From positions 3,047,222-3,111,221 of the forward strand of contig OZ252091.1 of the NCBI GenBank assembly GCA_965248145.1: a DNA stretch of 64,000 bases, written 5' to 3'. Source of the stretch: Gammaproteobacteria bacterium. GTDB taxonomy: Bacteria; Pseudomonadota; Gammaproteobacteria; Eutrophobiales; Eutrophobiaceae. The stretch's first letter is position 1, and each line of letters starts with the position of its first letter. Position numbers and translations under genes: made by a program. The notes beneath the pieces were generated by a model. It was not told the DNA's origin and did no database searches. It was given only the letters and a program-made list of their open reading frames with translations. Positions 42,649 through 53,065 of the stretch are shown here, piece by piece.

Positions 42649-43837
42649 AATTTCCATTCACTCTGAATGTCGCCAGTTTTGGTATTGAGCTACATGCCAA
42701 AGTGAAAAAATCAGTATCTTTTTCTACTCCGATGCAGGTATAGCCTACTGCATCCGCCGCTGCCAGCGTAGAACCAGCCCCCGCAAAAGGATCAAGAATC
42801 ACTCCTTCGCCTAGGGGCAATGAGGCGTAGACAACCTGCCGCATGAACGCCTGGGGCTTTAGACTCGGATGCGGAGCAAGCGTCCTTTCACTTTTTCTGG
42901 TAGGCGCTGATGTAATTACGTCACCAAACGGCTTATCTACCAGTGGCCGTCGAAACCCGCCTGTTTTCCACTTCCTTAAATTGTCCTGGACACGTCCCTC
43001 AAGCGGTTTTCTATACACAATCCAGGGCTCCCACATCGAACGAGGCATCACGCTAACCTCACTGAATTCCTCATGTGCAGCTTTTGGACGGTCACCGCCA
43101 CGCATGGTCATGGTAAGGCGTACTATCTCCCCCCTCCTTTCCAGACCGGAGTCAGCCAGAGCAGTCGAAACAATGTAAGAGACAAGGGGATTGGAGGCGA
43201 CGACAACATGGGCGCCGGGAACGAGTTTCGGAAGTAGCAACTTCGCCCATACAAAGAAAAATGAACCCAACTGTTCCAGTTGTTCTTGCGTGAGCGTAGT
43301 AAATCGGGGGAGAGGAGATCGCTTGTTTCCATCAAAAGACGGAGGAATTCGCCAGACACCACCTTTTCCGCTACGTAATTTTCTTTGTTGCTCAGGGCTA
43401 TATTCATGTAGGCCATAGGGCGGGTCTGTTACGACGGCATGGATACTGTTTTGCTCCCGGCTTTCTATCCAATCAAAGCAGTCGGCATGGACCAGCGTCG
43501 ACTTGCCAAAATGAAAAGGAGTTTGCCACTGTTGTCTGGAGTCCAACTCACGTTGAATGCCTGAGATGTGTCTGGTGTGATGTCTACGAAGACTGTAAAC
43601 ACCACGTTCTTCCCGAATAAAAACAGCCGGTGTATTGAGCCTCAGGTAGGACCTGATTGAGGATTGAGGCGTCGGTCCGGCTATTTTTTGCACTCGACCC
43701 TCAATTTCCTTGACTGACAGTGGCTTGGACGTTAGCAACAGGGTTTGCAGGATGGCATCTCGTACTTGGCCGGGAGGTGTTCTTGAAGCTTGCAGTTTCA
43801 TGTCTGGTATCATAGACGTCCAGACGTCTCTAGTCAA
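42611..43837 (-). CDS. DNA methyltransferase, beta class (N6-adenine or N4-cytosine), with an N-terminal winged-helix-like extension
   Basis: Motif IV VVTDPPYGL precedes motif I ILDPFAGAGSTLAAA. The N-terminal ~80 aa (VRDAILQTLLLTSKPLSVKEIEGRVQKI...YLR) look like a HARE-HTH-type domain. Confidence 0.8.
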   Translation of the reverse strand: MTRDVWTSMIPDMKLQASRTPPGQVRDAILQTLLLTSKPLSVKEIEGRVQKIAGPTPQSSIRSYLRLNTPAVFIREERGVYSLRRHHTRHISGIQRELDSRQQWQTPFHFGKSTLVHADCFDWIESREQNSIHAVVTDPPYGLHEYSPEQQRKLRSGKGGVWRIPPSFDGNKRSPLPRFTTLTQEQLEQLGSFFFVWAKLLLPKLVPGAHVVVASNPLVSYIVSTALADSGLERRGEIVRLTMTMRGGDRPKAAHEEFSEVSVMPRSMWEPWIVYRKPLEGRVQDNLRKWKTGGFRRPLVDKPFGDVITSAPTRKSERTLAPHPSLKPQAFMRQVVYASLPLGEGVILDPFAGAGSTLAAADAVGYTCIGVEKDTDFFTLACSSIPKLATFRVNGNSKTCISSYPEVS

Positions 43838-44123
43838 TGGTTTTTATATTATTGATACAGTTGAAAATCTTTAGCAGTGGATTTCTCAAGGATAGTAGGT
43901 AGGTCTTGTTCCCTTGAAGTTTTTCATCAAATTTTATTTCCCCAGTGTCGGTTCGTAGGCAGATACGCAATGGGATCACAAAAACGAGGTCCAGCCTGAC
44001 GGAGCCACGAATCAAACCAGACGTACCATACGAATAGTGAATTAGTGCATAGATCATATACCTCCAAATACTCAGCTATTGTCATAATATTCTCTTGGGG
44101 TAACTGTTTTCATATACTCGGCA

Positions 44124-44453
44124 CTATGCAACTTTCACCCGGGCAGTGTGTTCCTCAAATGAAGTCGCGATTGTGTAGGGCTGCCTGGCTTTTTCCATCA
44201 TGTCAACCAGCGCGTCTATGGTGAATTTTTGAATTTTGCCGCGCATCAGGTCACTGACACGAGTTCGTTGAATTCCGAATATCCTGGCGGCATCATTCTG
44301 GGTCAGTCCGTTATCCTTAATCCATGCGGTAATCTTGAGCATCAATTCCGCCTTGATTTTCAGTTTGACAGCTTCACCAGAACCAAAACCCAGATCAGCG
44401 AACACATTACCGCCTTTCGGTGTAACGTGGCGGATTTCAGTGCAAATAGCCAT
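44124..44453 (-). CDS. HigA2-like XRE-family HTH protein, no intact toxin partner seen
   Basis: NVFADLGF...ELMLKITAWIKDNGLTQNDAARIFGIQRTRVSDLMRGKIQKFTIDALVDMMEKA. Only 63 nt separate its start from the purF stop. Confidence 0.7.
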   Translation of the reverse strand: MAICTEIRHVTPKGGNVFADLGFGSGEAVKLKIKAELMLKITAWIKDNGLTQNDAARIFGIQRTRVSDLMRGKIQKFTIDALVDMMEKARQPYTIATSFEEHTARVKVA

Positions 44454-44516
44454 GTTGTTTACCTCTTCAACATAAGATAATTGACGATAAAAAAGGAAAA
44501 TTGAATATACCGATGG

Positions 44517-46034
44517 CTACGTCATATTTGACAGGTCGTTGAAGACATCATCGGCCGTGTCGCGGGTGCGTTTGGCTGCATCGCTACGCTGGGTTGATAT
44601 ATGGTTCAAATAGTCTTCGCTGATGTCTCCGGTTACATACTCGCCGGTAAAACAGGACATTTCGAAGCGGGTAATTTCCGGATTCCCTTCCCTGGCCGCT
44701 TCCACTAAATCTTCCACCTCCTGGTAGATCAGCCAGTCAGCGCCGATCGCCTCACACACCTCTTCTTCTGTCCTGCCGAAGGCGATCAATTCATTGGGGT
44801 TCGGAATATCGATCCCATAAACGTTGGGATACAGGACCGGCGGGGCCGCAGAGGCAAAATATACTTTTGCAGCACCGGCGTCCCGGGCCATTTGTATGAT
44901 TTCCCGGGAAGTTGTCCCCCTTACGATGGAATCATCCACCAGGAGCACGTTTTTACCCTTGAACTCCAGTCCGATCGCATTCAATTTCTGTCTTACGGAC
45001 TTTTTCCTGATACTCTGCCCGGGCATGATAAATGTACGGGGTATATAGCGATTTTTAATAAATCCTTCGCGGTATTTAACACCCAGTTCATAAGCCAGGG
45101 GCAAGGCTGAGGTCCGGCCTGTGTCAGGGATCGGAATGACCACGTCGATGTCGTGTTCGGGTCGGATTCTTAATATTTTTGCCGCCAGCGCTTCGCCCAT
45201 TCGCAGACGGGTTTTATATACGGAAATATTATCGATGACGGAATCCGGTCTGGCCAGGTACACGTATTCAAAGATACAGGGTGAGTGCTGCGAGTCTTCA
45301 ACACATTGCTCCGAGAATAACTCACCCCGTTCACTGACGAACACGGCCTCTCCCGGCGCTATGTCACGAAGCAGGGTAAAATCCAGGGCATCTATGGCCA
45401 CGCTTTCCGAAGCGACGACAAATTCCTTTCCCAGGTCCGTGGTGCGCTCGCCGAAAGCAATCGGACGAATGCCGTATCGGTCCCGGAAGGCAATAACGCC
45501 GACACCGGAAATTAACGCGACGGCAGAGTATCCACCGCGACAGCGCTGGTGTAATTTACGTACTGCCGAAAAAATATCTGCCGGCGTCAGGTATTTTTTC
45601 TGTTTGCCAATGTGCTGCAATTCGTAAGCCAGTATGTTCAGTAAAACCTCAGAATCCGACTCCGTGTTGATGTGCCTTAATTCATCCATTATGAGATCCT
45701 GCTTGAGTTCTTCACTGTTAGTGAGGTTCCCGTTATGGGCCAGGGCAATACCGTAGGGGGAATTGACGTAAAAAGGCTGGGCCTCGGCAGATGAGGAGCA
45801 TCCGGCAGTGGGATACCTGATATGCCCGATGCCCATGTTTCCTTTAAGGTTAAGCATGTGTCGGGAATGAAAAACATCCCTCACCAGGCCGTTGTTCTTG
45901 CACAAATAAAGCCGGGCATCATCAGAGGTGACTATGCCGGCTGCATCCTGGCCCCTGTGCTGCAGGATTGTCAGGCCGTCGAACAGGGCCTGGTTAACGT
46001 TTGACTTGGCAACAATTCCGATGATTCCGCACAT
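44517..46034 (-). CDS. purF: Amidophosphoribosyltransferase
   Basis: MCGIIGIV is the N-terminal nucleophile Cys. The PRPP loop is VLLVDDSIVRGTTS. Confidence 0.96.
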   Translation of the reverse strand: MCGIIGIVAKSNVNQALFDGLTILQHRGQDAAGIVTSDDARLYLCKNNGLVRDVFHSRHMLNLKGNMGIGHIRYPTAGCSSSAEAQPFYVNSPYGIALAHNGNLTNSEELKQDLIMDELRHINTESDSEVLLNILAYELQHIGKQKKYLTPADIFSAVRKLHQRCRGGYSAVALISGVGVIAFRDRYGIRPIAFGERTTDLGKEFVVASESVAIDALDFTLLRDIAPGEAVFVSERGELFSEQCVEDSQHSPCIFEYVYLARPDSVIDNISVYKTRLRMGEALAAKILRIRPEHDIDVVIPIPDTGRTSALPLAYELGVKYREGFIKNRYIPRTFIMPGQSIRKKSVRQKLNAIGLEFKGKNVLLVDDSIVRGTTSREIIQMARDAGAAKVYFASAAPPVLYPNVYGIDIPNPNELIAFGRTEEEVCEAIGADWLIYQEVEDLVEAAREGNPEITRFEMSCFTGEYVTGDISEDYLNHISTQRSDAAKRTRDTADDVFNDLSNMT

Positions 46035-46039
46035 TTTCT

Positions 46040-46555
46040 CTACCTGTCTGCCGGTAGCCGGTCATTTGGCTCGTAGCGATGATAAGCGGCGATGTCTTCC
46101 GACAGGAAACGTTGCCCCCACACGCATACACGCTGGAACGGTTCGATCAAAACCGCGTTCTGCCACCAGTTCTGCTTCGTGATAGCTGTGAATCCGGCCA
46201 GGAAAACGACGATAATAATAATAGCGCCTCCCAGTCCAATTCCAAAGAAAAACCCGAGAAACCTGTCGGCGGCAGTCAAACCCGTCCTGCCGAGCAACTT
46301 GACGATAAAGTACCCCAGTGCAGTAAATATTACCAGACTGATGATAAATATACCGGCAAAGGCAAAAATATCCCTGAATATCGAATCGAAGTAATCAGCC
46401 AGTAAGTGGGAAAAATAACCACTGAATTTAACTGCTATCACTGCTGCCAATACCCAGGCCGCGATGGAAAACAGGATGTTCAAAAAGCCGTACGCCAGGC
46501 CCATGACCGCGGGCAGGAATAAAATCACCAAAATACCTATATCGACGCTTCCCAC
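46040..46555 (-). CDS. cvpA: CvpA-family membrane protein
   Basis: 171 aa with 4 TM helices, in the conserved position upstream of purF. Confidence 0.85.
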   Translation of the reverse strand: MGSVDIGILVILFLPAVMGLAYGFLNILFSIAAWVLAAVIAVKFSGYFSHLLADYFDSIFRDIFAFAGIFIISLVIFTALGYFIVKLLGRTGLTAADRFLGFFFGIGLGGAIIIIVVFLAGFTAITKQNWWQNAVLIEPFQRVCVWGQRFLSEDIAAYHRYEPNDRLPADR

Positions 46556-46626
46556 TGAGTAGTCCCGGTTCGTTTGTCTGATATTTTCAGGTTATCGGTA
46601 TATCTGATGTTATGAGTTTCGCTATT

Positions 46627-47307
46627 TTACGGATAATTCAACACTATGCCTTCGAGTTTCATTTCCTTTTTCAACTTCTCTTTCAGTTTCAAAGCTTCCG
46701 AGCGCAGGATTTCAGGCCCTACCCTGACACGGTAGAGCAAGGAAGCGTCTTTACCTTTTACCGCCTCATCGATAACGTAGGACCGATACCCGGCAGTCCG
46801 TAATTTGTCATTAAGTTTATCGGCGTTTTCCCTGGAAAAACTACCCACTTGAACAACCCAGCCGGTTAACCCCTTGTTATCAGTTTCAACATCTTCCCCG
46901 GGTTTGCCGCCATCACCGGCAGTGGCAGCGACTGTTTCCGATGTTGTTGGTTCGGCCTCAACCCTGGTTGCAGCGTCCTCTTGAGGTTCATCATCGGCGC
47001 CGGAGGAAGCTGTGGCTGCTTCCGGTGTCACTTGGCCGGTGTCAGTTCGGGTTGCATCCCCGCCGTCATCCGCATCAGTCGGGGCGGCGCTCTCTTCCTG
47101 TGATGCTTCAATCGGGAGAATTTCTCCCTGTTCAGGCATGGGTATTAATTTCGAACCGAACTCCATGTCCGGTTTTTCCGGGATATTCGTCGTCGTGATC
47201 TTCGTCTCTGCTTCTTGCGAGTCATCCAGTAGCAGAGGAAGAAAAATGACGGCCAATAGAACCAGTACCCCTGCCCCGGTGAGTCTTTCTTTCAGTTGTC
47301 GTTCCAT
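46627..47307 (-). CDS. dedD: SPOR-domain cell-division protein (DedD-like)
   Basis: An N-terminal TM helix, an acidic low-complexity linker and a C-terminal SPOR-like WVVQVGSFSRENADKLNDKLRTAGY. Synteny is folC-dedD-cvpA. Confidence 0.8.
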   Translation of the reverse strand: MERQLKERLTGAGVLVLLAVIFLPLLLDDSQEAETKITTTNIPEKPDMEFGSKLIPMPEQGEILPIEASQEESAAPTDADDGGDATRTDTGQVTPEAATASSGADDEPQEDAATRVEAEPTTSETVAATAGDGGKPGEDVETDNKGLTGWVVQVGSFSRENADKLNDKLRTAGYRSYVIDEAVKGKDASLLYRVRVGPEILRSEALKLKEKLKKEMKLEGIVLNYP

Positions 47308-47311
47308 ATTT

Positions 47312-48625
47312 CTATCGGTTGTTCAGGTAATCGATTGCAGCGCCGACGCTTATAAATGAGCCGGTAACAATAATCCTGTCGCCAACGCACGCAGATGCTT
47401 CGGCATCTGCCAGGGCTGCATGGATGGTTTGAAACTGTTTAATGTTCCCCACGTCTTCATATTTTAGCAACGCGCCGGTTAATTCTGCCAGGCTAGCCGC
47501 CCGCTCCGCGTGCAGGTCAGCCACGTACCAGTGATCGGCAATCTCTGACAACCGCTCGAAAACGGCAGTATGATTTTTATCCCTGAGCATGCCAATCACT
47601 ATATGCGTTTCTCCTACACATGGAATTTTTTTTACATTTTCAACCAGGGCCGAGATGGCCTGTTGATTATGCGCTACGTCCAGGATACAGGGGGTTTCTC
47701 CGGGTATGACCTGGAACCTGCCGGCAAGCCGAAAATCCCGCAGACAAGCCTTGATTGTTTCCATACTGACCGGAAATTCATCGGCCAGGGTCTCCAGCGC
47801 CATCAGCACACCGGCGGCATTTTGTACCTGTCTGTTATTATTGATACTGGGCTTTGGCAGGTTCTCATAAACCTTGTCGGCCTGCCTCCAGGTCCAGGTG
47901 TCCGCATAGATCTCACAGGTAAAATCCAGGCCAGCATGGTAAAGCGGAGCGCCTGCTTCTCTCGCACAGTCGGCTATGGTAGCCGGCGCTGAGAAATCGG
48001 AACAGACTGCCGGACGATTTTTCCTGAATATTCCCGCTTTCTCCCTGCCTATGCTTTCCCTGGTGTAACCCAGCCATTTCTCGTGGTCCAGGTCGATGGT
48101 CGCTACCAGGGCAACGTCGGCATCCAGTATATTAACGGCATCCAGACGACCACCCAGCCCGACTTCAAGAATAGTGATATCAAGGTCCGAGCGTTGGAAT
48201 ATATCCAGGGCAGCCAGGGTGCCGAATTCAAAATAAGTCAGGGAAATATCTCCCCGCGCCTGATCGATCCGGTTAAACGACTGACAAAGCTCCAGATCCG
48301 TTACCTGTTTGCCGTCAATACAAATCCGCTCGTTGTACCGGGTCAAATGGGGTGATGTGTACGCTCCCACCATATAACCGGAGCGTCTTAACATCGCATC
48401 AAGCATTGCCGCGCTGGAACCTTTTCCATTGGTGCCGGATATACTGATTACCTTGCTCCCGGGTTTGAGAAGGCCCATCCTTGCAGCCACCTTGTTACAG
48501 CGGTCAAGACCCAATTCTATAGCAGTAAAATGCAAGCTCTCCTGCCATGCCAGCCAATCTGCCAGGCTGGAAAACCTGAGTGGGAATTGTTCGGATAAGG
48601 TTGTCGGAACGGAACTCATTGGCAA
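47312..48625 (-). CDS. folC: Bifunctional folylpolyglutamate synthase / dihydrofolate synthase
   Basis: ISGTNGKGSSAAML is the P-loop, on a Mur-ligase fold. About 437 aa. Confidence 0.92.
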   Translation of the reverse strand: MPMSSVPTTLSEQFPLRFSSLADWLAWQESLHFTAIELGLDRCNKVAARMGLLKPGSKVISISGTNGKGSSAAMLDAMLRRSGYMVGAYTSPHLTRYNERICIDGKQVTDLELCQSFNRIDQARGDISLTYFEFGTLAALDIFQRSDLDITILEVGLGGRLDAVNILDADVALVATIDLDHEKWLGYTRESIGREKAGIFRKNRPAVCSDFSAPATIADCAREAGAPLYHAGLDFTCEIYADTWTWRQADKVYENLPKPSINNNRQVQNAAGVLMALETLADEFPVSMETIKACLRDFRLAGRFQVIPGETPCILDVAHNQQAISALVENVKKIPCVGETHIVIGMLRDKNHTAVFERLSEIADHWYVADLHAERAASLAELTGALLKYEDVGNIKQFQTIHAALADAEASACVGDRIIVTGSFISVGAAIDYLNNR

Positions 48626-48632
48626 TGGGTAT

Positions 48633-49496
48633 TCAAACAGCCATTGGGTTATGGCAAAGCATGGATAACAATGACGCTATTTTATCCCGCATATTACGCC
48701 TGTCCAGGATCATATCGATATTCCCGTGTTCCAATAAAAACTCGCTTGTTTGAAATCCTTCCGGCAAGGTCTCGCGCACGGTTTGCTCAATAACCCTTGG
48801 GCCGGCAAACCCGATCAGGGCATTCGGCTCTGCAATATTGATATCCCCGAGACTGGCGATGCTGGCCGACACGCCACCCATTGTGGGATTTGTTAAAACC
48901 GATATATAAGGCAACCCCGCCTTTTGCAGTTTGGCCAGGGCCGAGCTTGTTTTTGCCATTTGGAAAAGCGAAATCAGGGCTTCCTGCATACGCGCGCCGC
49001 CACTTGCAGAGAAACATACCAGCGGTAGATTATTATCTATACAGGCATCAACGGCGAGCACAAACCTCTCCCCTACGACCGAACCCATGGACCCCCCCAT
49101 AAAATCGAATTCAAAGGCAGCGGCAACGACGGAAATCTTTTTAACACTGCCCATAATAACCACCAGGGCATCATTTTCTCCGGTTTCCTTATGGGCGCTT
49201 GTCAGCCTGTCCTTGTATTTCCTGCTATCGCGAAACCTGAATTTATCAATCGGCCTGATATCAGGGCCAATTTCAACCCTGGACTCCGTATCCAAAAAAC
49301 CATCCAGTCTTGAACGCGCGCTGATTCGCATGTGGTGAGCGCATTTCGGACAAACTTCCTGGTTGCGCGCCAACTCCGCGCGGTAAAGTGTGGCGCTACA
49401 CTTACCACATTTCGTCCATACCCCCTCAGGCACGGTCCGGCGATTGGCGCCATTGGTCTTGATTCTCGAGGGAAGTAATTTATCCAGCCAACTCAT
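48633..49496 (-). CDS. accD: Acetyl-CoA carboxylase carboxyltransferase beta subunit
   Basis: The zinc ribbon is [38 protein letters not shown] is also present. Confidence 0.95.
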   Translation of the reverse strand: MSWLDKLLPSRIKTNGANRRTVPEGVWTKCGKCSATLYRAELARNQEVCPKCAHHMRISARSRLDGFLDTESRVEIGPDIRPIDKFRFRDSRKYKDRLTSAHKETGENDALVVIMGSVKKISVVAAAFEFDFMGGSMGSVVGERFVLAVDACIDNNLPLVCFSASGGARMQEALISLFQMAKTSSALAKLQKAGLPYISVLTNPTMGGVSASIASLGDINIAEPNALIGFAGPRVIEQTVRETLPEGFQTSEFLLEHGNIDMILDRRNMRDKIASLLSMLCHNPMAV

Positions 49497-49507
49497 ATCG
49501 CACGTCG

Positions 49508-50317
49508 CTATGCCACCTTATCCAGGACACGTCGAACAGGCTCGACAAATGAACCAATATGGGCTGAAATATCTCCGCTCCCGGTCTCAGCGGCATGGAT
49601 CTTTTCAACCAGGGCGCTGCCGATGACAACCGCGTCACAATAATTCGCGACGCGCGCGGCCGTTTCAGCATCTTTAATCCCGAAGCCAACGGCCACGGGT
49701 AAATCTGATTTCCGCCTTACAAGGTTCATCTTTTCATTCACCTCATCCGGATTGGCTCCTTTGCCACCGGTAGTGCCTTTCACAGATACATAATAAAGAA
49801 AACCGGAAGCAATCCCAGCGATGATTTCAATCCGTTGCTCGGTGGTGGTCGGGGTAATGAGAAAAATCTGGTCGATTTGCCCGGCGCGTAAATGCCGGTT
49901 GAGCAACGTCGACTCCTCAGGCGGCATATCAACGATGATAATCCCGTCAACGCCTGCCGCAGCGGCATCCCCGGCAAATTCTTCGTAGCCAAATACTTCA
50001 ACAGGATTCAAATAACCCATCAATATTACCGGAGTGCGGGTATCGGTTTGACGAAACCGCTTAACCATTTCCAACACGTTCGACAGCGAAACACCCTGCG
50101 CCAGCGCGCGTTCATTGGCTCGTTGAATCACCGGGCCATCCGCCATCGGATCCGAAAACGGGACACCCAACTCAATCGAATCAGCTCCGTGCCGAACCAG
50201 GGCCTGCATAATTGTGAGCGTCATTTGCGGGGAAGGGTCTCCTGCGGTTATAAACGGAATCAGGGCCTTTTTGTTCTGCTGCTTCAGCGCCTGGAATGTG
50301 GATGAGATTCGACTCAT
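49508..50317 (-). CDS. trpA: Tryptophan synthase alpha chain
   Basis: [26 protein letters not shown] and GFGI. Confidence 0.95.
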   Translation of the reverse strand: MSRISSTFQALKQQNKKALIPFITAGDPSPQMTLTIMQALVRHGADSIELGVPFSDPMADGPVIQRANERALAQGVSLSNVLEMVKRFRQTDTRTPVILMGYLNPVEVFGYEEFAGDAAAAGVDGIIIVDMPPEESTLLNRHLRAGQIDQIFLITPTTTEQRIEIIAGIASGFLYYVSVKGTTGGKGANPDEVNEKMNLVRRKSDLPVAVGFGIKDAETAARVANYCDAVVIGSALVEKIHAAETGSGDISAHIGSFVEPVRRVLDKVA

Positions 50318-50394
50318 GGGTTGACGGAGTTCAGATTTTTGAAATATTGTAGACTACCAGAAACGGGGGCAGATTTAAATCTACCTGTTTTCTG

Positions 50395-51642
50395 CTAGAG
50401 GGTAATGCCTTCCAGTGTCGCAACCGTTTGTATATCCTTATCCCCGCGGCCTGAGAGATTGATGACGATCGTTTCATCCTTGCCCATATCGGCGGCAATT
50501 TTACTTGCATGGGCCAGGGCATGGCTGGATTCCAGCGCCGGCATGATGCCTTCCGTGCGGGTCAGGTCATGAAATGCAGCGATGGCTTCGGTGTCGTTTG
50601 CCGTTACGTATTCCACCCGGCCCCGGTCTTTTAACCAGGCATGTTCCGGACCTACGCCCGGGTAATCCAGTCCGGCGGAAATCGAATGTGTCGGCATGAT
50701 TTGTCCGTGTTCATCTTCCATAAGGTAAGTCCGGTTGCCATGCAGAACGCCGGCTTTCCCGGCACTCAGCGGGGCGGCATGCCGACCGGTCTCCAGGCCC
50801 AGCCCACCGGCCTCCACACCGATTAACCTGACTGATTCGTCATTGATAAACGGATAAAATAATCCAATCGCATTGGATCCGCCACCGACACAGGCGATGA
50901 GAGTATCGGGTAGTTTTCCCACAGTCTCCAGACACTGTTGCCTGGTTTCCCTCCCGATGATCGACTGTAAATCCCTCACCAATACCGGATACGGATGGGG
51001 CCCCGCTACGGTACCGATAATATAAAACGTATTATCGACGTTACTCACCCAGTCCCGCATGGCCTCATTCATGGCGTCTTTCAGGGTCTTTGAACCGGAG
51101 GTGACTTCAACCACCTGCGCCCCCAGCAGCTTCATACGGAACACGTTGACGGCCTGACGTTGTATATCTTCGGCGCCCATGTATACGACGCACTCCATGC
51201 CCATGCGCGCGGCAACGGTAGCAGTGGCCACCCCGTGCTGGCCTGCGCCTGTTTCCGCAATGATGCGTGTTTTTCCCATTCTCTCGGCCAGCAGGATCTG
51301 GCCCACCGTATTATTGACCTTATGGGCGCCGGTATGATTTAAATCTTCCCGCTTGAGATGGATTTGTGCGCCGCCCAGCTTCCTGCTCCACCTCCGGGCG
51401 TGATACAAGGGTGATGGACGGCCGACGAATGTTTTCAAATCACGGTCGAATTCCGCCAGAAATTTATCATCATGGATGTACTTCTTATAGGCTCGGGTCA
51501 ACTCATTTAGTGGCTCGATCAATGTCTCTGCGACGAATCGACCGCCATAAACGTCAAAATGACCGTACTCATCCGGCATCCGAACCTCGTCCATACAAGG
51601 TGTTTCAATACCCTGCGGAGTAGAAACTACAGTCTTAACCAT
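50395..51642 (-). CDS. trpB: Tryptophan synthase beta chain
   Basis: [16 protein letters not shown] carries the PLP lysine. GGGSNAIG is present. The start is uncertain within the first ~20 codons, and the ORF overlaps the trpF stop. Confidence 0.94.
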   Translation of the reverse strand: MVKTVVSTPQGIETPCMDEVRMPDEYGHFDVYGGRFVAETLIEPLNELTRAYKKYIHDDKFLAEFDRDLKTFVGRPSPLYHARRWSRKLGGAQIHLKREDLNHTGAHKVNNTVGQILLAERMGKTRIIAETGAGQHGVATATVAARMGMECVVYMGAEDIQRQAVNVFRMKLLGAQVVEVTSGSKTLKDAMNEAMRDWVSNVDNTFYIIGTVAGPHPYPVLVRDLQSIIGRETRQQCLETVGKLPDTLIACVGGGSNAIGLFYPFINDESVRLIGVEAGGLGLETGRHAAPLSAGKAGVLHGNRTYLMEDEHGQIMPTHSISAGLDYPGVGPEHAWLKDRGRVEYVTANDTEAIAAFHDLTRTEGIMPALESSHALAHASKIAADMGKDETIVINLSGRGDKDIQTVATLEGITL

Positions 51643-52255
51643 TTGCTACCTCACGTATAAATGCGGTCATTTTATCTTTATCCTTGATTCCCTCGTCAAG
51701 TTCGACTCCACTACTCACGTCAACCGCATACGGCCTGGTCTTCGCAATTGCCCGGCGCACGTTTTCAACCGTCAGCCCTCCCGCAAGGATGATGGGCATG
51801 GATAAGTCCCCGGGGATTTTACTCCAGTCAAAACTGACACCGGTCCCACCATGGGCAGTTTCAGAATAACTGTCCAGCAACAGGGCCGCGGCATCGGCAT
51901 ACCGCTCACAAGTCATATTTAAATCAATATCATCCTTCATCCTCAGGGCCTTGATGTAGGGTTTGTCGAAACTGCCGCAAAAGCCGGGAGACTCATCCCC
52001 GTGAAACTGGATGATATCCAGGAAAACAGTTTCCAGAACGGCAGAGACGAATTCTCTGTCAGGGTTTACGAACAGGCCCACTTTTGCCGGAAAAGGCGGC
52101 AATTGACCGATAATTTCCTGTGCCTGAAGGGGTGCAATAAATCGGGGGCTGCCCTGGTAAAATACAAACCCTATGGCATCAGCCCCTCCGGATATGGCGT
52201 CACGGGCATCCTCAACGCGGGTAATACCACAAATCTTTGTTCTTACACGCTGCAT
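51635..52255 (-). CDS. trpF: Phosphoribosylanthranilate isomerase
   Basis: [20 protein letters not shown] and LAGGL. Confidence 0.92.
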   Translation of the reverse strand: MQRVRTKICGITRVEDARDAISGGADAIGFVFYQGSPRFIAPLQAQEIIGQLPPFPAKVGLFVNPDREFVSAVLETVFLDIIQFHGDESPGFCGSFDKPYIKALRMKDDIDLNMTCERYADAAALLLDSYSETAHGGTGVSFDWSKIPGDLSMPIILAGGLTVENVRRAIAKTRPYAVDVSSGVELDEGIKDKDKMTAFIREVANG

Positions 52256-53037
52256 ATATTCGGTAACTCAGGTAAAGACTTTACTTCGGGAACCTGATAT
52301 TTATCGGGATAATTCACTCCCACCAGGTACAGGCCGCCGGCTGCCCCGGTAATGCCTCCACAAGCCCTGTTTTTAGCGTTAAGCACGTCGAGCTCCCAAC
52401 CAACCTCTTGTTTACTCATGCCTATTTCCATTAACACGCCGGCTATATTCCGCACCATGTGGTGAAGAAACGCATTAGCTTCAATGACAATGGTAATAAA
52501 TTCATTGTCCCGGGTCACGCCCAGGTTCAACACGTTCCTGACGGGCGATTTCGCCTGACAGGATTTTGCCCTGTATGAAGTAAAATCGTGTTTGCCAACC
52601 AACGACAGGGCTGCCCGGGACATCCTGTCAGCATCAAGACGCCGACATTCCCAGGTGACGCGGCTATAGCTTATTCCCGGACGCGCCGGGCGATTCAGGA
52701 TGATATATTTGTAAATGCGACTCGTTGCCGAGTAACGCGCATGAAAATCCGGTTCAACGGATTTTGCCCAAACCAGACTGATGTCTTCAGGCAAATGGGT
52801 ATTCGCTCCCAATACCCATGAATGGGTATCCCGGACTGCGTCCGATTCGAAATGAATAACCTGGTTCAGCGCATGGACCCCGGCATCCGTCCTGCCGGCG
52901 CAGGTCACTTCAACCGGATGGTCGGCGACTGCCGACAGCGCGGCTTCTACCCGCTCCTGCACGGAGGCTGAGTGTTTTTGTTTTTGCCACCCGGAATATT
53001 GCGAACCTTGGTACTCAACTCCAGCGGCAATCTTCAT
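52243..53037 (-). CDS. truA: tRNA pseudouridine(38-40) synthase
   Basis: AGRTDAGVHA carries the catalytic Asp. FLHHMVRNI is also present. Confidence 0.93.
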   Translation of the reverse strand: MKIAAGVEYQGSQYSGWQKQKHSASVQERVEAALSAVADHPVEVTCAGRTDAGVHALNQVIHFESDAVRDTHSWVLGANTHLPEDISLVWAKSVEPDFHARYSATSRIYKYIILNRPARPGISYSRVTWECRRLDADRMSRAALSLVGKHDFTSYRAKSCQAKSPVRNVLNLGVTRDNEFITIVIEANAFLHHMVRNIAGVLMEIGMSKQEVGWELDVLNAKNRACGGITGAAGGLYLVGVNYPDKYQVPEVKSLPELPNICSV

Positions 53038-53065
53038 GATAACGGGTCACCCCAATAACCCCGGG

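Noticed and set aside
43830-44057. The 75-aa ORF downstream of the HigA2-like gene as a possible toxin.
   Set aside because: I recognise no RelE/HigB motifs, and the sequence is AT-rich and hydrophobic. The gene order would be reversed for this family, and the ORF overlaps the methyltransferase start region. I left it unannotated.
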